Below are positions 27,190 through 39,998 of a stretch of DNA of 64,000 nt, one piece after another. The DNA is from Felis catus (lineage: Eukaryota). The position numbers and the translations under genes are program-made. How positions within the stretch are numbered: position 1 is the stretch's first letter; every line of letters starts with the position of its first letter. The DNA lies in assembly GCF_018350175.1 (NCBI RefSeq), contig NC_058369.1:18416001-18480000 (forward strand), given 5' to 3'. A model generated the notes under the pieces. The model was not told where the DNA came from. It saw only the letters and a list, made by a program, of their open reading frames with translations, and searched no databases.

Positions 27190-28215
27190 AGCAAAGAATT
27201 ACATAGAGAATGCATAAACCAACTAAGTAAAAAATCAAGAAATTTTCATCAAGTGAATACATCTATATAACCAGAACCCTGACTCTGAAGCAGGACAGCA
27301 CTAAACCTCTAGTGTCCTCTTCATATTCCCTTTAGTTACGATTCTTCCCACAGCTAACCACTACCATGACCTTGAGCCCCCTAGATGAGCTTTGCCTGTT
27401 CTTAAACTTCCTATCAAGAGAATACAGTATGCTGTTTTATGTCTGGCTTCTCTCATTCAGCATTGGTCACGACACTCAATGTTGTCGAGGCCCTACAGAA
27501 TTCCAGTGTGACTATGCCTCAATTAACCTATCCACTCTATTTTGGTGGATGGACATCTGGGTTAACTCCAGTGAGTATGATAGGCAGTGCTGTTGTGAAC
27601 ATCTTTGAACTTATCTTTAAGTGAACATGAGATGTATTTCTGTTGGCAGTATGCCTAGGAGTGGATCGTTGAGTTACAGAATAAATACACAGAATTCTTC
27701 ATTTAGCATGGGTTGCCAAGTCTTCTAAAATCACACCAATTTATATGCCCCATCGGCAGGGTCCAACAATTTGGGGTGCTCCACACCTCAACATCACTTG
27801 GTACTGTCCATCTTTTTCACTAAGCCATTCTGGTGGGTGTGCAGAAGCACTGTGTTGTGGCTTTAATTTGCCATCTCTGGATGACTGCTGAGGTTGACAC
27901 CTCTCCATAAGCTCACAAGCCATTGGACATCCTCTTTTATAAAGTAACTGTTAAAGATTTTTTGCCCCTTCTACTAATGGAGTTGTCTTTTTCTTACTGA
28001 CTTAAGGCATTTCTTCAAACTTCTGGATAAAAGCAATTTGTCAGACATATGTATTGCAGGTATCTTTTCTCACCCTGTGGCTAGCCTTTTTACGCTTTGA
28101 TGAACAGAAGTTCTTAACTTAAAAGTCACCCCCTTTATCCATTTCCTCCTCCGTGGTTTGTGGTGCCGTGTCTTCTCTCTTGTGTCAAAAATCTTTGCTT
28201 ACTCCAAAATCACAA
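27190..28215 (-). mobile_element. Old, diverged L1M 3' region
   Basis: Antisense L1 motifs (TGTCTGGCTTCT...TTCAGCAT, GATGGACATCTGGGTT, CCTAGGAGTGGATCG, GATGAACAGAAGTTCTTAA). Confidence 0.7.
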
Positions 28216-28564
28216 AGCCCTTGCTTTTCTGGCCAACAGAATATTTTCCCAGGTATGTGCTCTCTCTCACACGTTATGGATTTTACTGCAAGCGCCTGAG
28301 TTCTAACAGTAGCTTCCACATAGGAGCTCTGTGTGGAAAATCTTCCAAGGTCATCTACGCTAAAGAAAAAAATTATTTCATCTTTACATTTAAGTAATAG
28401 TTTTGTAGGGTATAAAATTCTGCTTTTAAAATTTTACTTTTGGGGCACCTGTGTGGCTCAGTAGATTAAGCGTCCGACTTAATTTTGGTTGGGTCATGAT
28501 CTCACTGTGGGTTTCAGCCGTGTCAGGCTCTGCACTGACAGTGTGGAGCCTGCTTGAGATTCTT

Positions 28565-28600
<36 letters not shown>

Positions 28601-28639
28601 CCTCTACCCCATGCACACTCTCTGTCTCTCAAATAAGCA

Positions 28640-28762
28640 TTTTATATATATTATACATATATATATAATATATATTATAAGCATTATATACATATTTGTA
28701 TATAAAAAATATATTCATATATATACATACACGTATATGTGTACACACACACACACATATAT
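28640..28762. repeat. (TA)/(CA) low-complexity tract
   Basis: AT-rich dinucleotide repeats following a SINE tail. Confidence 0.8.
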
Positions 28763-29559
28763 ATTTTAAGAAAGTTATTTTGACACTGACAAAGTAGCTC
28801 TCAGGTCTACTGGTGCTACTGAGAAGTTTGATACTAATCTGCTTCTTATTCCTTTGTGACTTTTTCTTTCAATAAGATGTGGAGTTTTCTCTACATCTCC
28901 GTTGTTAAACTTTTACTCTAGTGTGTCTAGGCGTGGGCTTTCTTCCTTCCATCTGTCGTGTTTAGCATTCTTTAAATTTCAGATCTTTCCTCTTTTGTGA
29001 TCTCTGAGAAACTCTTGGTCATTTTATCCTCAAACATTTTCTTCCCCTTGCTCCAGTCATTTCCTCTCTGCTTCTGAGATACGAATACTGCCACCTCTAC
29101 CCTCATCCTATAGCATTTTGCTTCTCCCAGCTTTCATCTCTTCATCCCTCCTAATGCTTTCTAGAATTCTTCAACTTGACCTTCCAACTTGTTCATTCAG
29201 CTTCAGTTATATCCATTCTGCTACTCAACCCATCTCCTGAATTCTTTGTTCCCAAGAATGCCACCCTGTTCCTGTTTCACGTACCCACCTCCTCCTTTCC
29301 TTGATGGTATTCTTTATGCTTACTCCATCCTCCTATGAGGCTGGGAACATGAATGATGCTCCCACTAGCACAGGCTGTCAATCTGCCATTTTCCTTTCAT
29401 TCCAACTATACTGGTCAGCTTCTCATTATGGCTCCCTCTGAGCTGTTCACCAGGTGAGATCCCACCAGGTGAGATCTCTCCCCTTACCACACCTCCTCTA
29501 AGAAGCTCCTTACCTCCCCCAGAGGCACAGCTAGAACCGTCAACGGGGCCTACCACCTT

Positions 29560-29935
29560 CCCCCAAAAGCTCCTGCCATCACTCCTGGCACCACAGCCAC
29601 AACAAACTCCTGCTGGTCTTCAACAAAGCCTGCTTCTGTCTCAGAACTTCCACTGCTGTTGGCGCCTTTGCCTCACAATGTTATTCTTAATAAGCACTCC
29701 ACTCACTGCTGATTCCTTCACCTCCTTCATAACTGTGTTCAAATGGCACCTCAGTGGGGCCTCCCCATCATCCTATTTAAATCTGCCTCTTCCCAAAGCC
29801 TACACCTGCTGATTTTCTTCCCTGATTTTTCCCCATGTGGATTTTTCTTATTTGTCATTTGCTTCTCCTTGAGGATGGAGACTTTATTTACTGCTACATC
29901 CTCAGTATCTAGAACAGTACCTGGTGCCATTAGGG
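29560..29935 (+). mobile_element. L2 3' fragment
   Basis: Diverged L2 tail ending CCTCAGTATCTAGAACAGTACCTGG. Confidence 0.55.
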
Positions 29936-30319
29936 GAGTGGGGAAGGGAGTGTACCTCAGGAATCCCACTCTGGGCCCACTGGCCACTGGCCACACTTTG
30001 CAGAGAAACTCTAACCTTTAGGCAAATATAAGGAGACACTGTTCTTTTCTAAAAGCTATCTCCCTTGACTGGAATCTGGGACCCCAGGGTGTGGAAGGGA
30101 TGGGGAGAAGCAGCACTGGGAAGAGAAAAAGGCAGAACTCTAACAGTCTCCCTTGACCAGTATATCCAGCCTCTTCTGCTCCAAACTGTCAACCCTACCT
30201 CATAGACTGGAATTCAATCACCTTCTGTCTCCCTAGGGGTTCCTCACAGTTTTTAATGTTATTTTCTCTCAGTTCTGTGGCATTTCCAGTTCCAAGAAGG
30301 GAGTCAGCAGCCAAGGCTA

Positions 30320-30808
30320 GCCTTCCAATTACTGTTGTCCAAATTACCAAAAATTTACTGGCTTAAAACAACACAAATTTATGAATAAACTGAATTTATA
30401 TTAAAAAAAAAAAAAACGTACACGCAATGCAAATTTATTATCTTAACAATTTTGCAGGTCAGGAATCCAAAATGACTCTCACTGAGCTAAAATCAAGAGC
30501 TGTATTCCTTTGTGGAGGCTCTAGGGACTTCTTAAGGCTGCCCCACATTCCCTGGCTCATGGCCAGTGAAGTCTTTCTCCCATTTCATCAGTTGGACTCT
30601 GCTCTGTCCCCACATCTCCTTCTCTGACTCTCATCTCCCTCGTCCATCCTGTGATTACATGGGGCCCATCCAGATAATCCAGGATAATCTCCCCATCTCA
30701 AGACCCTTAATCACATCTTAATCACTTTTGCCATGTAACCTAACATATTCAAAGGTTCTAGGGGATTAGGACGTGGACATGGAGGGTGGTATTATCCTGC
30801 CTACCACA
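30320..30808 (-). mobile_element. MLT1-type MaLR solo LTR
   Basis: GGCTTAAAACAACACAAATTTAT, GATAATCCAGGATAATCTCCCCATCTCAAG, GGATTAGGACGTGGACAT; ends CTGCCTACCACA. Confidence 0.8.
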
Positions 30809-31098
30809 GCTATTTTGTCAATTTGTCAGGAACTGGTGACCAGGGTTTCTAAAACTGGAGTCCATGGCTAGAGTATCTGTTAAAACCCTTGAGATTGTTG
30901 GCAAAACGCTGTGTCTTCTTGAGTGTTTCTCAAGAGAGAGCAGGTAGCTTTCATGACTCTCAAAGGAGCTACGAGCCCATCAGTATGAAATAGTCCCTGT
31001 CCAAGACCTGACTGAAGGAAGAGAGCAAAGACCAACACTGTCCCCACAACTATCAGACCACAGACACAATCCCCCCACCTTCTACCATAAAAAAACAT

Positions 31099-31465
31099 GG
31101 GGCACCTGGGTGGCTCAGTCCGTTAAGCATCCGACTTTTTTTTTTTTTTTAAATTTTTTTTTTCAACGTTTATTTATTTTTGGGACAGAGAGAGACAGAG
31201 CATGAACGGGGGAGGGGCAGAGAGAGAGGGAGACACAGAATCGGAAACAGGCTCCAGGCTCTGAGCCATCAGCCCAGAGCCTGACGCGGGGCTCGAACTC
31301 ACGGACCATGAGATCGTGACCTGGCTGAAGTCGGACGCTTAACCGACTGCGCCACCCAGGTGCCCCAAGCATCCGACTTTTGGTTTCGGCTCAGGTCATG
31401 ATCTTGTGGGTTTGTGCCCTGCGTCAGGCTCCATGCTGAAGGTGTGGAGCCTGTCTGGGATTCAT

Positions 31466-31500
<35 letters not shown>

Positions 31501-31820
31501 GCCCCTCCCCAACTCGTACTGTCTCTCTCTTTCTCAAAATAAATAAATATGGGGCTCCTGGGTGGCTCAGTCGGTTGAGCGGCCGACTTTGGCTCAGGTC
31601 ACGATCTCGCGGTCCGTGAGTTCGAGCCCCACGTCGGGCTCTATGCTGACAGCTCGGAGCCTGCAGCCTGTTTCGGATTCTGTGTCTCCCTCTCTCTGAC
31701 CCTCCCCCGTTCATGCTCTCTCTCTGTCTCAAAAATGAATAAACGTTAAAAAAAAAAATTTTAAAAAAAAATTTAAAAACCAAAACAAATAACTAAAAAA
31801 AAAAAAAAAAAAAAGAAAAA
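31099..31820. mobile_element. Triple nested CAN-SINE cluster
   Basis: A + SINE is split by a - SINE (31140-31366, TSD AAGCATCCGACTTTT); a third + SINE starts at 31551. Confidence 0.9.
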
Positions 31821-32372
31821 CTCATGTTTCCTTTCTGTTCCCTTCTCAGGACACGCATAATTCCACACCACCCACAAACCTCTCCTGAGACAGAGATTCC
31901 TGGGGTCCCAGTTTAGCAACATTCCCCGAGTAAGCAACAATGACTAACAGGCCCATGGTTAAAAAGCGGGGTGGGATCAAACTACTACCTTTAAGTCATA
32001 CAAGATCCCATGCCTGAGCCCTCTTCTTTCCCATCCAAGCCTCTCACCACAGGTGGAGAAAATGAATGGCCTTGACAAAAACAAAGCCACCTCTTGGCAG
32101 AAAAGCATTCCCAGATCTGGGCCCCTTCTCTTCCTTCTCTCATTCTCAACAAGGAGAGGCTCACCATCTTGTTCACACACCTTGACAGCTTTCCTCAGAC
32201 AGCTGCCCAGCACACTGTTCACCCAAGGCCAGGATTACAGACTCTGGATATGAAATAGCATGTTTCTTCATCTGACTCCCCAAAAATTTTTCTTAGCACA
32301 ATAACTGCTTTAGGAAACAGCGTCTCTCTTACACCTGTGTGCCCACCCACCAGGGAGAAAGAGTTCACTTAC

Positions 32373-32434
32373 TTTGACTGCAAGGTCTGCCTCGGCCATG
32401 TGCCATCTTCATTTTGGGGCTCAATTACTAGCAC
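32373..32434 (-). CDS. USP4: USP4 exon 6
   Basis: [21 protein letters not shown]; 62 nt; AG/GTAAG. Confidence 0.96.
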
Positions 32435-32558
32435 CTGAGTGAAAGGGAAAACCATATAAGGAATATGCAAAGCACCTCACTGCTAATGTGCTCAGAACCA
32501 GATGTCTGGCAGGTATCTGGCAGAGCTGCCTGCTGGGGCATGGCCTGAGCCCTCCTAC

Positions 32559-32704
32559 CTGACCCTGGTACAGCCCCGCATCCTGGACAGTGTTGTCTAG
32601 CTTGCTCAGCTGCTCGTAAGTGTTGCTCATGTATTTGTTCCACAGCCGTGTTTCACGCTCAGCAGGGATGTTGAACAGCTTCCGCATCTCCTTCTCGATG
32701 GTTG
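32559..32704 (-). CDS. USP4: USP4 exon 5 (UBL)
   Basis: [49 protein letters not shown]; 146 nt; AG/GTAGG. Confidence 0.97.
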
Positions 32705-33316
32705 CTAGGGACGAGCAGAAAGATCACTCAAGGCCTTCTCCAGATGCAAGGCTAAAGGTACCCATACCGGGCAATTGCTCATCCTCCTTCCTGTTCAGAG
32801 GGTCACAGGGTGCTTTGGACCAAAAGTTCTGACTGACCTCAGCCCCATGGTGACTCCTAAGGCCACACATCTTCCACTGGCATCTTCTCGCACTCACATA
32901 CCTAGAAACTTTCTCTATGCTCCTCCTTCTTTGAGGATGTGGGTCCCATTTACATAGCATATCAACAATACAGAAAGGTGAGAAAACTTATCTCTGAAGT
33001 TAAGACCCATGTGGTTTCAAATACTAGCCCTGCCACTTTCTCACAAAGATTTTTTAAGTTACTTTGACCTCTCTGAATCTGCATTTCCTCACCTTTACCA
33101 CCGTATGTCAAGTGGGCAGGGGCCATGCCAGGTGTTCTACAGAACACAATTCCCAGGCTTGGCTCTCTATGAGAGCAGGCTCCCACGTCAGGACTGGTAA
33201 CTACAACCTGAGACTATGTGGGTAACAATTCTGAAGGGGGCCTGGCTTCCCTCCCATTAGCCACAATGCCCTGCACTCTCCCAATGGATACCTGGGACCC
33301 CAGCCCAGCTACTCAC

Positions 33317-33443
33317 CAATGGTGTCTGCCTTGCTGAAATGGCAACTCAGCACATTGGTGGGGTCACTGTTCTCACAGAGCTTCAGTTCCAGCAAATATA
33401 CCTCCACTTTGCAGTGTTTGACAAACAGGCCGTGCTCCACAAC
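33317..33443 (-). CDS. USP4: USP4 exon 4
   Basis: [42 protein letters not shown]; 127 nt; AG/GTGAG. Confidence 0.97.
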
Positions 33444-34588
33444 CTGCAAGTAAGAGGCACAGGTGAAGGAGCAGGGGTTCCACACCGGGCAGTCTTGGAA
33501 GCAATAGGTTTTGTCAGTGGTAAAAGGCAGAATTCACACAGTTATCAGTTTCCCTAAGTGATCAGATTTTTAAAGCCACTGGCATCCATCCTAGGAGTTT
33601 AAAAATCTTTTTCCCACTCATGAGGAAAAGCGTCCGGATGGAACAACACTGCACAACAGGGAAGCCACTGTTCATCTCTAAATCAGGATCATGATGTCTC
33701 CTTTTCAAGGTTTGTCAAATGAGAGGACTAGAGAATATAGTTAAATCCCTGAGGCAGCCGAACACTCACCATATGGCAACACTGTGGGCATTAGGAGACA
33801 TCTGCAGGACACTGGCATGCCCCCAACTTTTTGATCCCTAACCCCTCTCAGGGGCCCAGGTTTCTAGCTGGAAAAGAAGGTAGCTCTGGCCCCGAACAGT
33901 GATCCTGAGAAGCATGGCCTCAGGACTGCAGCTCTTTCCTACTCTAAGAAGGGGAACTACAAACCAGACAGTGAGAAATTTACTCAATGGCTACCTATCA
34001 GCAGGCATGTGGGATCTTGTGATTCTCCCTCTGGTAGGACAAGCAAACAACTGTGGGAGTCAGAGTGTCTGGTCTTTTCACGAGTCCCATCTACCAGAGG
34101 GGTTAGGAATCCAGGTGTCTATCCCATAGCCTGTTTCCCTCAAGAGGCTATTCTCTGGCTTATAAACACCTGCTTTTTGAGACATTCAACAATGTGGCCA
34201 AAGACTCTTAAACACAGAGGCAAAAGCAGTTTCAGAAAAGTTTTAAGATAAACAGGAAGCGGTACATTACCGTAGGTCCCTATGACCCCAAGTAAACTTT
34301 CTCTCATACAGCCTTCCAGAAAGTGCTCTCATGGCACTGCTGGACACACCCCAAGCCATTGGGCAGCTCTGATGTTTGGAGGCCACTCACTATAACACCC
34401 CAAGTGAGCAGCCTCACTCACCACCACTCACGATCACAATTCCCTAAAGAGAACCAGAAACAAGGCCTCAAACACCTCTACTCGACCACTTAGGCACATC
34501 CAGTACCCCAGGAAACCAACTCTAGTCAGTGTCCCCCAGGGAGCACTCACAGACACTGACCAACAGCTGTGACAATTCATGTACTCAC

Positions 34589-34719
34589 TTTTCTGACAAT
34601 GGGCTGCTGGCCTTCTACACAGCCATACCAGTTGAGTAATTTATTCCAGGCCTCGGTTGGGACCAATACATAATCCAATTCATCAATTAAATGTTCTTTC
34701 AAGGTCTGACTCTCCGGAT
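34589..34719 (-). CDS. USP4: USP4 exon 3
   Basis: [44 protein letters not shown]; 131 nt; AG/GTGAG. Confidence 0.97.
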
Positions 34720-35396
34720 CTGAAAAAAGAAAACAGCTCATAACTCACTGCTCTTCTCTCAGAAATGTTTGTTTTACAGGATTCTTACGTAGTTTTCAGA
34801 AACAAGAAAATTATTTACAATAACAGGACAAAATTCCAAAATTCTGTCTCTGGCCATAACACAGAACAGACCTGAAAGCTGTCTTTAGCCATGCTTTCAG
34901 AACATTTTATGAGGAATGTGTACTTCTCCTGTAATTGAATGGAGAAGGAAGAATAAAAGAGAAAATCTCCAATTTACATTTTCAAAGTGCTTCCAGAGTC
35001 CACAATTAAAATTGTTAATTATGAATATTTAACATAACATTCTGCTTAGTGAAATTTCACTGAGGTCAAATGCCATCTTCTCCTCGGGGTGCCTGGGTGT
35101 GGCTCAGTTGGTTGAGCCTGACTCTTGATTTCGGCTCAGGTCATGATCTCACAGTTCATGAGTTCGTGCCCCACACTGGGCTGCATGCTAACATTGCAAA
35201 GCCTGCTTTGGATCCTCTTTCCCTCTTTCTCTGCCCATCTCCTGCTCACTGTGCACACGTGTTCTCTCTCACTCTCAAAATACATAAAACAAACACCTAA
35301 AAATATATACATCGTCTTCTCCTGAAATACTAATAATTTTTTAATGTTTGTTTATTTTTCAGAGAGAAAGAGACAGAGTGTGAGTGGGCAAGGGGC

Positions 35397-35444
<48 letters not shown>

Positions 35445-36189
35445 TATCTGACGCAGGCTCCAGGCTCCACCTGTCAACACAGAGCCGATGCGGGGCTCGA
35501 GCTCATGAACCACGAGTTCATGACCTGAGCTGAAGTCAGACACTCAACCGACTGAGCCACCCAGGCAACCCTTCTCCTGATTTACTAAGAAAGCAACAAA
35601 CACGTCATTGAAGTCAACTTTATTTTACCAAGAGTCATTTGGTATTCTTAGTTTTCAATAGTCCAAGTCAAAACCTAGCTAGATAACCCCCTGTGGAGGA
35701 AGAAAATATGTAATACTCCAACATGCTAAATGTCCACCTCGCACCTACCACAGGCAGGCAACATGATTGGGAGTCAGAAGTGGAAGTTCATGACCTGAAA
35801 CCTACTCCCTCAGTTGAGGACCAAGGAACTGGATCAAGGAAAGACTGATCCCCTCCCAAGAAGGGAGCCTCTGTGCTCTTCAACACCCACTCCTGTGGTA
35901 GCGCAAGCCACAAAACTGGGAAAGCAGAAGTACCCACAATGGTGCAACTCATCCGTAACTCAAGGCAGACGATGTTAAAAACAAAAAACTAAAACCATAA
36001 GCAGCATTCACAAGGTGACCAGGGCTTGTCATCACCCACCCCCTCAACACCAGTTTATACCCTATCCAATCAGCTCTTCTGCCCTTCCTTAGAGCAAAAT
36101 ACAGATCTGATCCACCTCTGCCTTGAAATTTCATCTCCAAGGAAATAGGAAAGGAATTAAACAGCGGTGGAGGACAAGAATACCAAGGG

Positions 36190-36604
36190 GAGATGGATGA
36201 ATGGATAAACATGATGTGGTATATACCTATAGCAGAATATTATTCAACTTTTAAAAGGGAAGGAAATTCTGACCTCGCTATGAGGATGAACCCGAGAATA
36301 CTATACTAATATACTAAATAAAATAAGGCAGTCACAGAAAAACAAATACTGAATGATGCTACTTAAATGAGGTATCTAGAGTAGCCAGATTCAGATACAG
36401 AAAGTAGAATGGGGGTTTCCAGGGGCTTGGAGGAAAAGGGGCTAGGAGTTACTGCTTAATAGGTATGGGGTTTCAGTTTTCCAAGGTGAAAAAGTTCTGG
36501 AGATAGGCTGCAAAACAATGTAAATGTGCTTAATACTACTGAACTGTACACTTAAAAATGGTCAAGGTGATAAGTTTTATGTTATGTGTATTTTACTATA
36601 ATTA
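36190..36604 (+). mobile_element. L1MB-like 3' end
   Basis: GATGAATGGATAAAC...GAAAAAGTTCTGGAGAT...ACTGAACTGTACACTTAAAAATGG. Confidence 0.8.
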
Positions 36605-38728
36605 AGGGGCACCTGGGTGGCTCAGTCGGTTGGGCGTCTGACTTCGGCTCAGGTCATGATCTCACAGCCGTGAGTTTGAGCCCCGCGTCGGGTTCTGTGC
36701 TGACAGCTCAGAGCCTGAAGCCTGCTTTGGATTCTGTGTCTTCCTCTCTCTCTGCCCCTCCCCAGCTCATGCTGTCTCTCTCTCTCTCAAAAATAAATAA
36801 ACATTAAAAAAAAAAAAAAAAAAAAAAAGGTGGACACTTCTACGTGATGAGCCACCCACTTTCCACAGCAGCTCTGGCATGATTATTAACAATGACAAAC
36901 CAGGCCTTTTCTGTTCAGAAGGATGACCCACTGGTATCAGCCTGCTTGAGACAAATGCTTCCCCCCCAAAACTGACAACCTAAATTCCAAACTTTTCTCT
37001 GATTTATAAATTAAAACTCACAGAAGTGGGGCGCCTGAGTGGCTCAGTCGGTTGGGCGGCCGACTTCGGCTCAGGTCATGATCTCACGGTCCGTGAGTTC
37101 AAGCCCTGCGTCGGGCTCTGTGCTGATGGCTCAGAGCCTGGAGCCTGCTTCGGATTCTGTGTCTCCCTCTCTCTCTGACCCTCCCCCCCTGTTCATGCTC
37201 TGTCTCTCTCTGTCTCAAAAATAAATAAACGTTAAAAAAAAAACAAAATTAAAAAAAAAAAAACTCACAGAAGTTATTTGCTTATTGTCTTACTTGGGGA
37301 GATATCCCTTCTTCATTTCCAACACTAAGCACTACACAGATCTGGCCATCCATACTGTGCCTAGCAACAGCCAGAAACCTTTAAATGTGGGAAAAGAACA
37401 CACAGCTTTCAGCAGCACCATCCCCAAGCCCATCATTTCCACAGGGCATTTTCCCATCTAAGGCTCAGTGATGATTTTCCCAAACATGTCATTCTTAGAC
37501 ACAACTGGGATTTCAATTTCACTTAACTGGAAATTTCAAATTTCACCTAAAACTGGCATCATGCTAAAAAATCACACAGGGGTTTTGAATTGGGGGTTTA
37601 GTCTGCAAATTTCTTCAACAGAGTGGCAAATAGAGGGGGGAAATGAGAGCACTGGTTGGCCTAAGCACAGATAATTCCATCTGATAGAGAGTAGGGGCAG
37701 AGGTGGCAATGAGAAAAGGGGTGCTCTGTGGACAACATAAACATGGACATGTTGTACCCCATCCCTCCCCACTTTCAAGAGCCCCGTCCAGCCACTCCTG
37801 TGACCCTAGATGAAAGGCAGCCCGACTGGGACTGGCAGGTGACTGAAAGCCTGGGGACTAAGGGGTGACCCTCAATCATGAGATAGGTCATTCCTGTACT
37901 GTCAATGTTCCAAGGAAGCAGGGTCTGAACAGAATGTACTTCTCACTTCCTAAGCACACAGCAAATGTTTCAAGCCAAAGCCAGATGACATCAAATTGGG
38001 GGACCATGGAAGAAATGCCTGCCCTTAGCTGAAAATCATGCAAAATGACTTCAGAGAGCCCCTCTAGCCCTAGGATTCTTATCACTAGTACTTTTAAAAG
38101 CATTAAGAAATCTCCTATTCATAGGGCGCCTGGGTGACTTAGTCGGTTGATCGTCCAACTTCAGCTCAGGTCATGACCTCACCATTCATGAGTTTGAGCC
38201 CCACGTCAGACTCTGTGCTGACAGCTCAGAGCCTGGAGCCTGTTTCAGATTCTGTGTCTCTGTCCCTCCCCCTCTTGTGCTGTTTCTCCCTCTCTCAAAA
38301 ATAAACATTAAAAAAAAAAATCTATTCAAAAAAAAAAAAAAAAAAAAAAAGAATGGGGACCTGGGTGACTCAGTCGGTTGAGCGTCCTACTTTAAGCCCT
38401 GCGTTGGGTTCTCTGCTGTCAGTGCAGAGCCCGCTTTGGATCCTCTGTCTCCCCCTCAGTCAGTACAGTATGCGACTCCTGATCTCAGGGTCATGAGATT
38501 GAGTCCCACGTTGGGGTTAGAGATTACTGGAAAAAATAAAATAAAAAAGAGCGGGGCATGGGGAAGAAAAGTGCAAATACACTGCTGTGCTCCCTTAGGG
38601 CAACTTCATGGTATGATGCCACCATATGTGACCTACATCAGGAAACAAAGTACATGAATTATTCACTATGTCATTAGACCTCCACTAAAACAAGTCTGAG
38701 CATTTTTGAGGGGGGGGGGGGGGAGAGG

Positions 38729-38768
<40 letters not shown>

Positions 38769-39870
38769 GAGGGAGAATCTCAAGCAGGCTCCATGCTGAG
38801 CATGGACCCCAATGTAGGGCTTGATCCCACAACCCTGGGATCATGACCTGAGTCGAAAAAGAGACACTCAACCAACTAAACCACCCAGGAGCCCGAAGCA
38901 CTACTCATTTTTAAAAACACCCAGCTTGGTGTTAGGTACTTGGATCAAGCTTCATGTATTGTCTATCTTCCTACTGCTCTGATTTGGGGCAAAATCAACA
39001 GATCACCTGTGTCCTGCTTGCAAGTTGAGTCTAAAGCTAGGCAGAAAAGAGCCTGAGAAAGCCCAACTGTCATCTCAATGCATCTACAGGTACAAGCCCA
39101 GCTCTGGTAGGTCACACATCACTTTTTCAGTCACTTCTTCCACTGGGAGCTGATCGTGATGGTAGCTCTACCTTCCACTTCTCCTCACACCACTTCTGTG
39201 ACAAACAACCATCACAGGAATGTTTGATGGATGAGACAGGTCTACAGTTTGTTCAACTGCAAAGGTTAACACAGAACATTCTGGTGCCCAAATTTCAGAT
39301 TCCAGATGCAATTTCAAAATGATATCCTATTCTTTCCATTCCACATGCTAATCTAAAATCTGACATCTCTAGCAGAACTAATTTGCAAAAAGAAAAATAC
39401 TGGAAGCTGCTCTTTAGAAGCAGTTTAGGAAAAGAGTAACTTAACTTCTCCCTGAGTGTCTACAAAGCCTTCTTTGATAGATACAAATCAAGGATACTTG
39501 TTTCTATCCCCTCATAGTAGCAAAGTTAGGTTAGTCATGTCCATGTTACTGATAAACACCACCTCAGACCACTGCGTGCCTGGAATATTTCAGTTAGAAA
39601 AGCAATGGTGGGGGGGGGGGGGGGGCACCTAGGTGGCTCAGTCAGTTAAGTGTCTGACTTTGGCTCAGGTCATGATCTCACGGTTTGTGGGTTCGAGCCC
39701 TGCATCGGGCTCTGTGCTGACAGCTCAGAACCTGCAGCCTGTTTTGGATTCTGTGTCTCCCTTTCTCTCTCTGCCCCTCCCCTGCTCACACTCTGTCTCT
39801 CTCTCTCTCCAAAATAAATAGAATTAAAAAAAATTTTTTTAAACAAAAGAAAAGCAATGGGATACTATAC

Positions 39871-39998
39871 CTGAAAAGAGTCCAGAGTTATCTATTGGGC
39901 CAGGAAACAGATTGTGTTCACCCACATTGTACATATCCCAGCTGTCGAAGCCCACATACTTCTTCCACTGCTTGAACCACCGGCTGTCAATAAGATAC
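39871..39998 (-). CDS. USP4: USP4 exon 2 (DUSP)
   Basis: [44 protein letters not shown] acceptor, GTATAG donor; 128 nt. Confidence 0.97.

Noticed and set aside
29449..29478. Short tandem duplication CACCAGGTGAGATC, and the (TATATTTTCTAT)x3 repeat at ~59340
   Set aside because: Ordinary local slippage duplications
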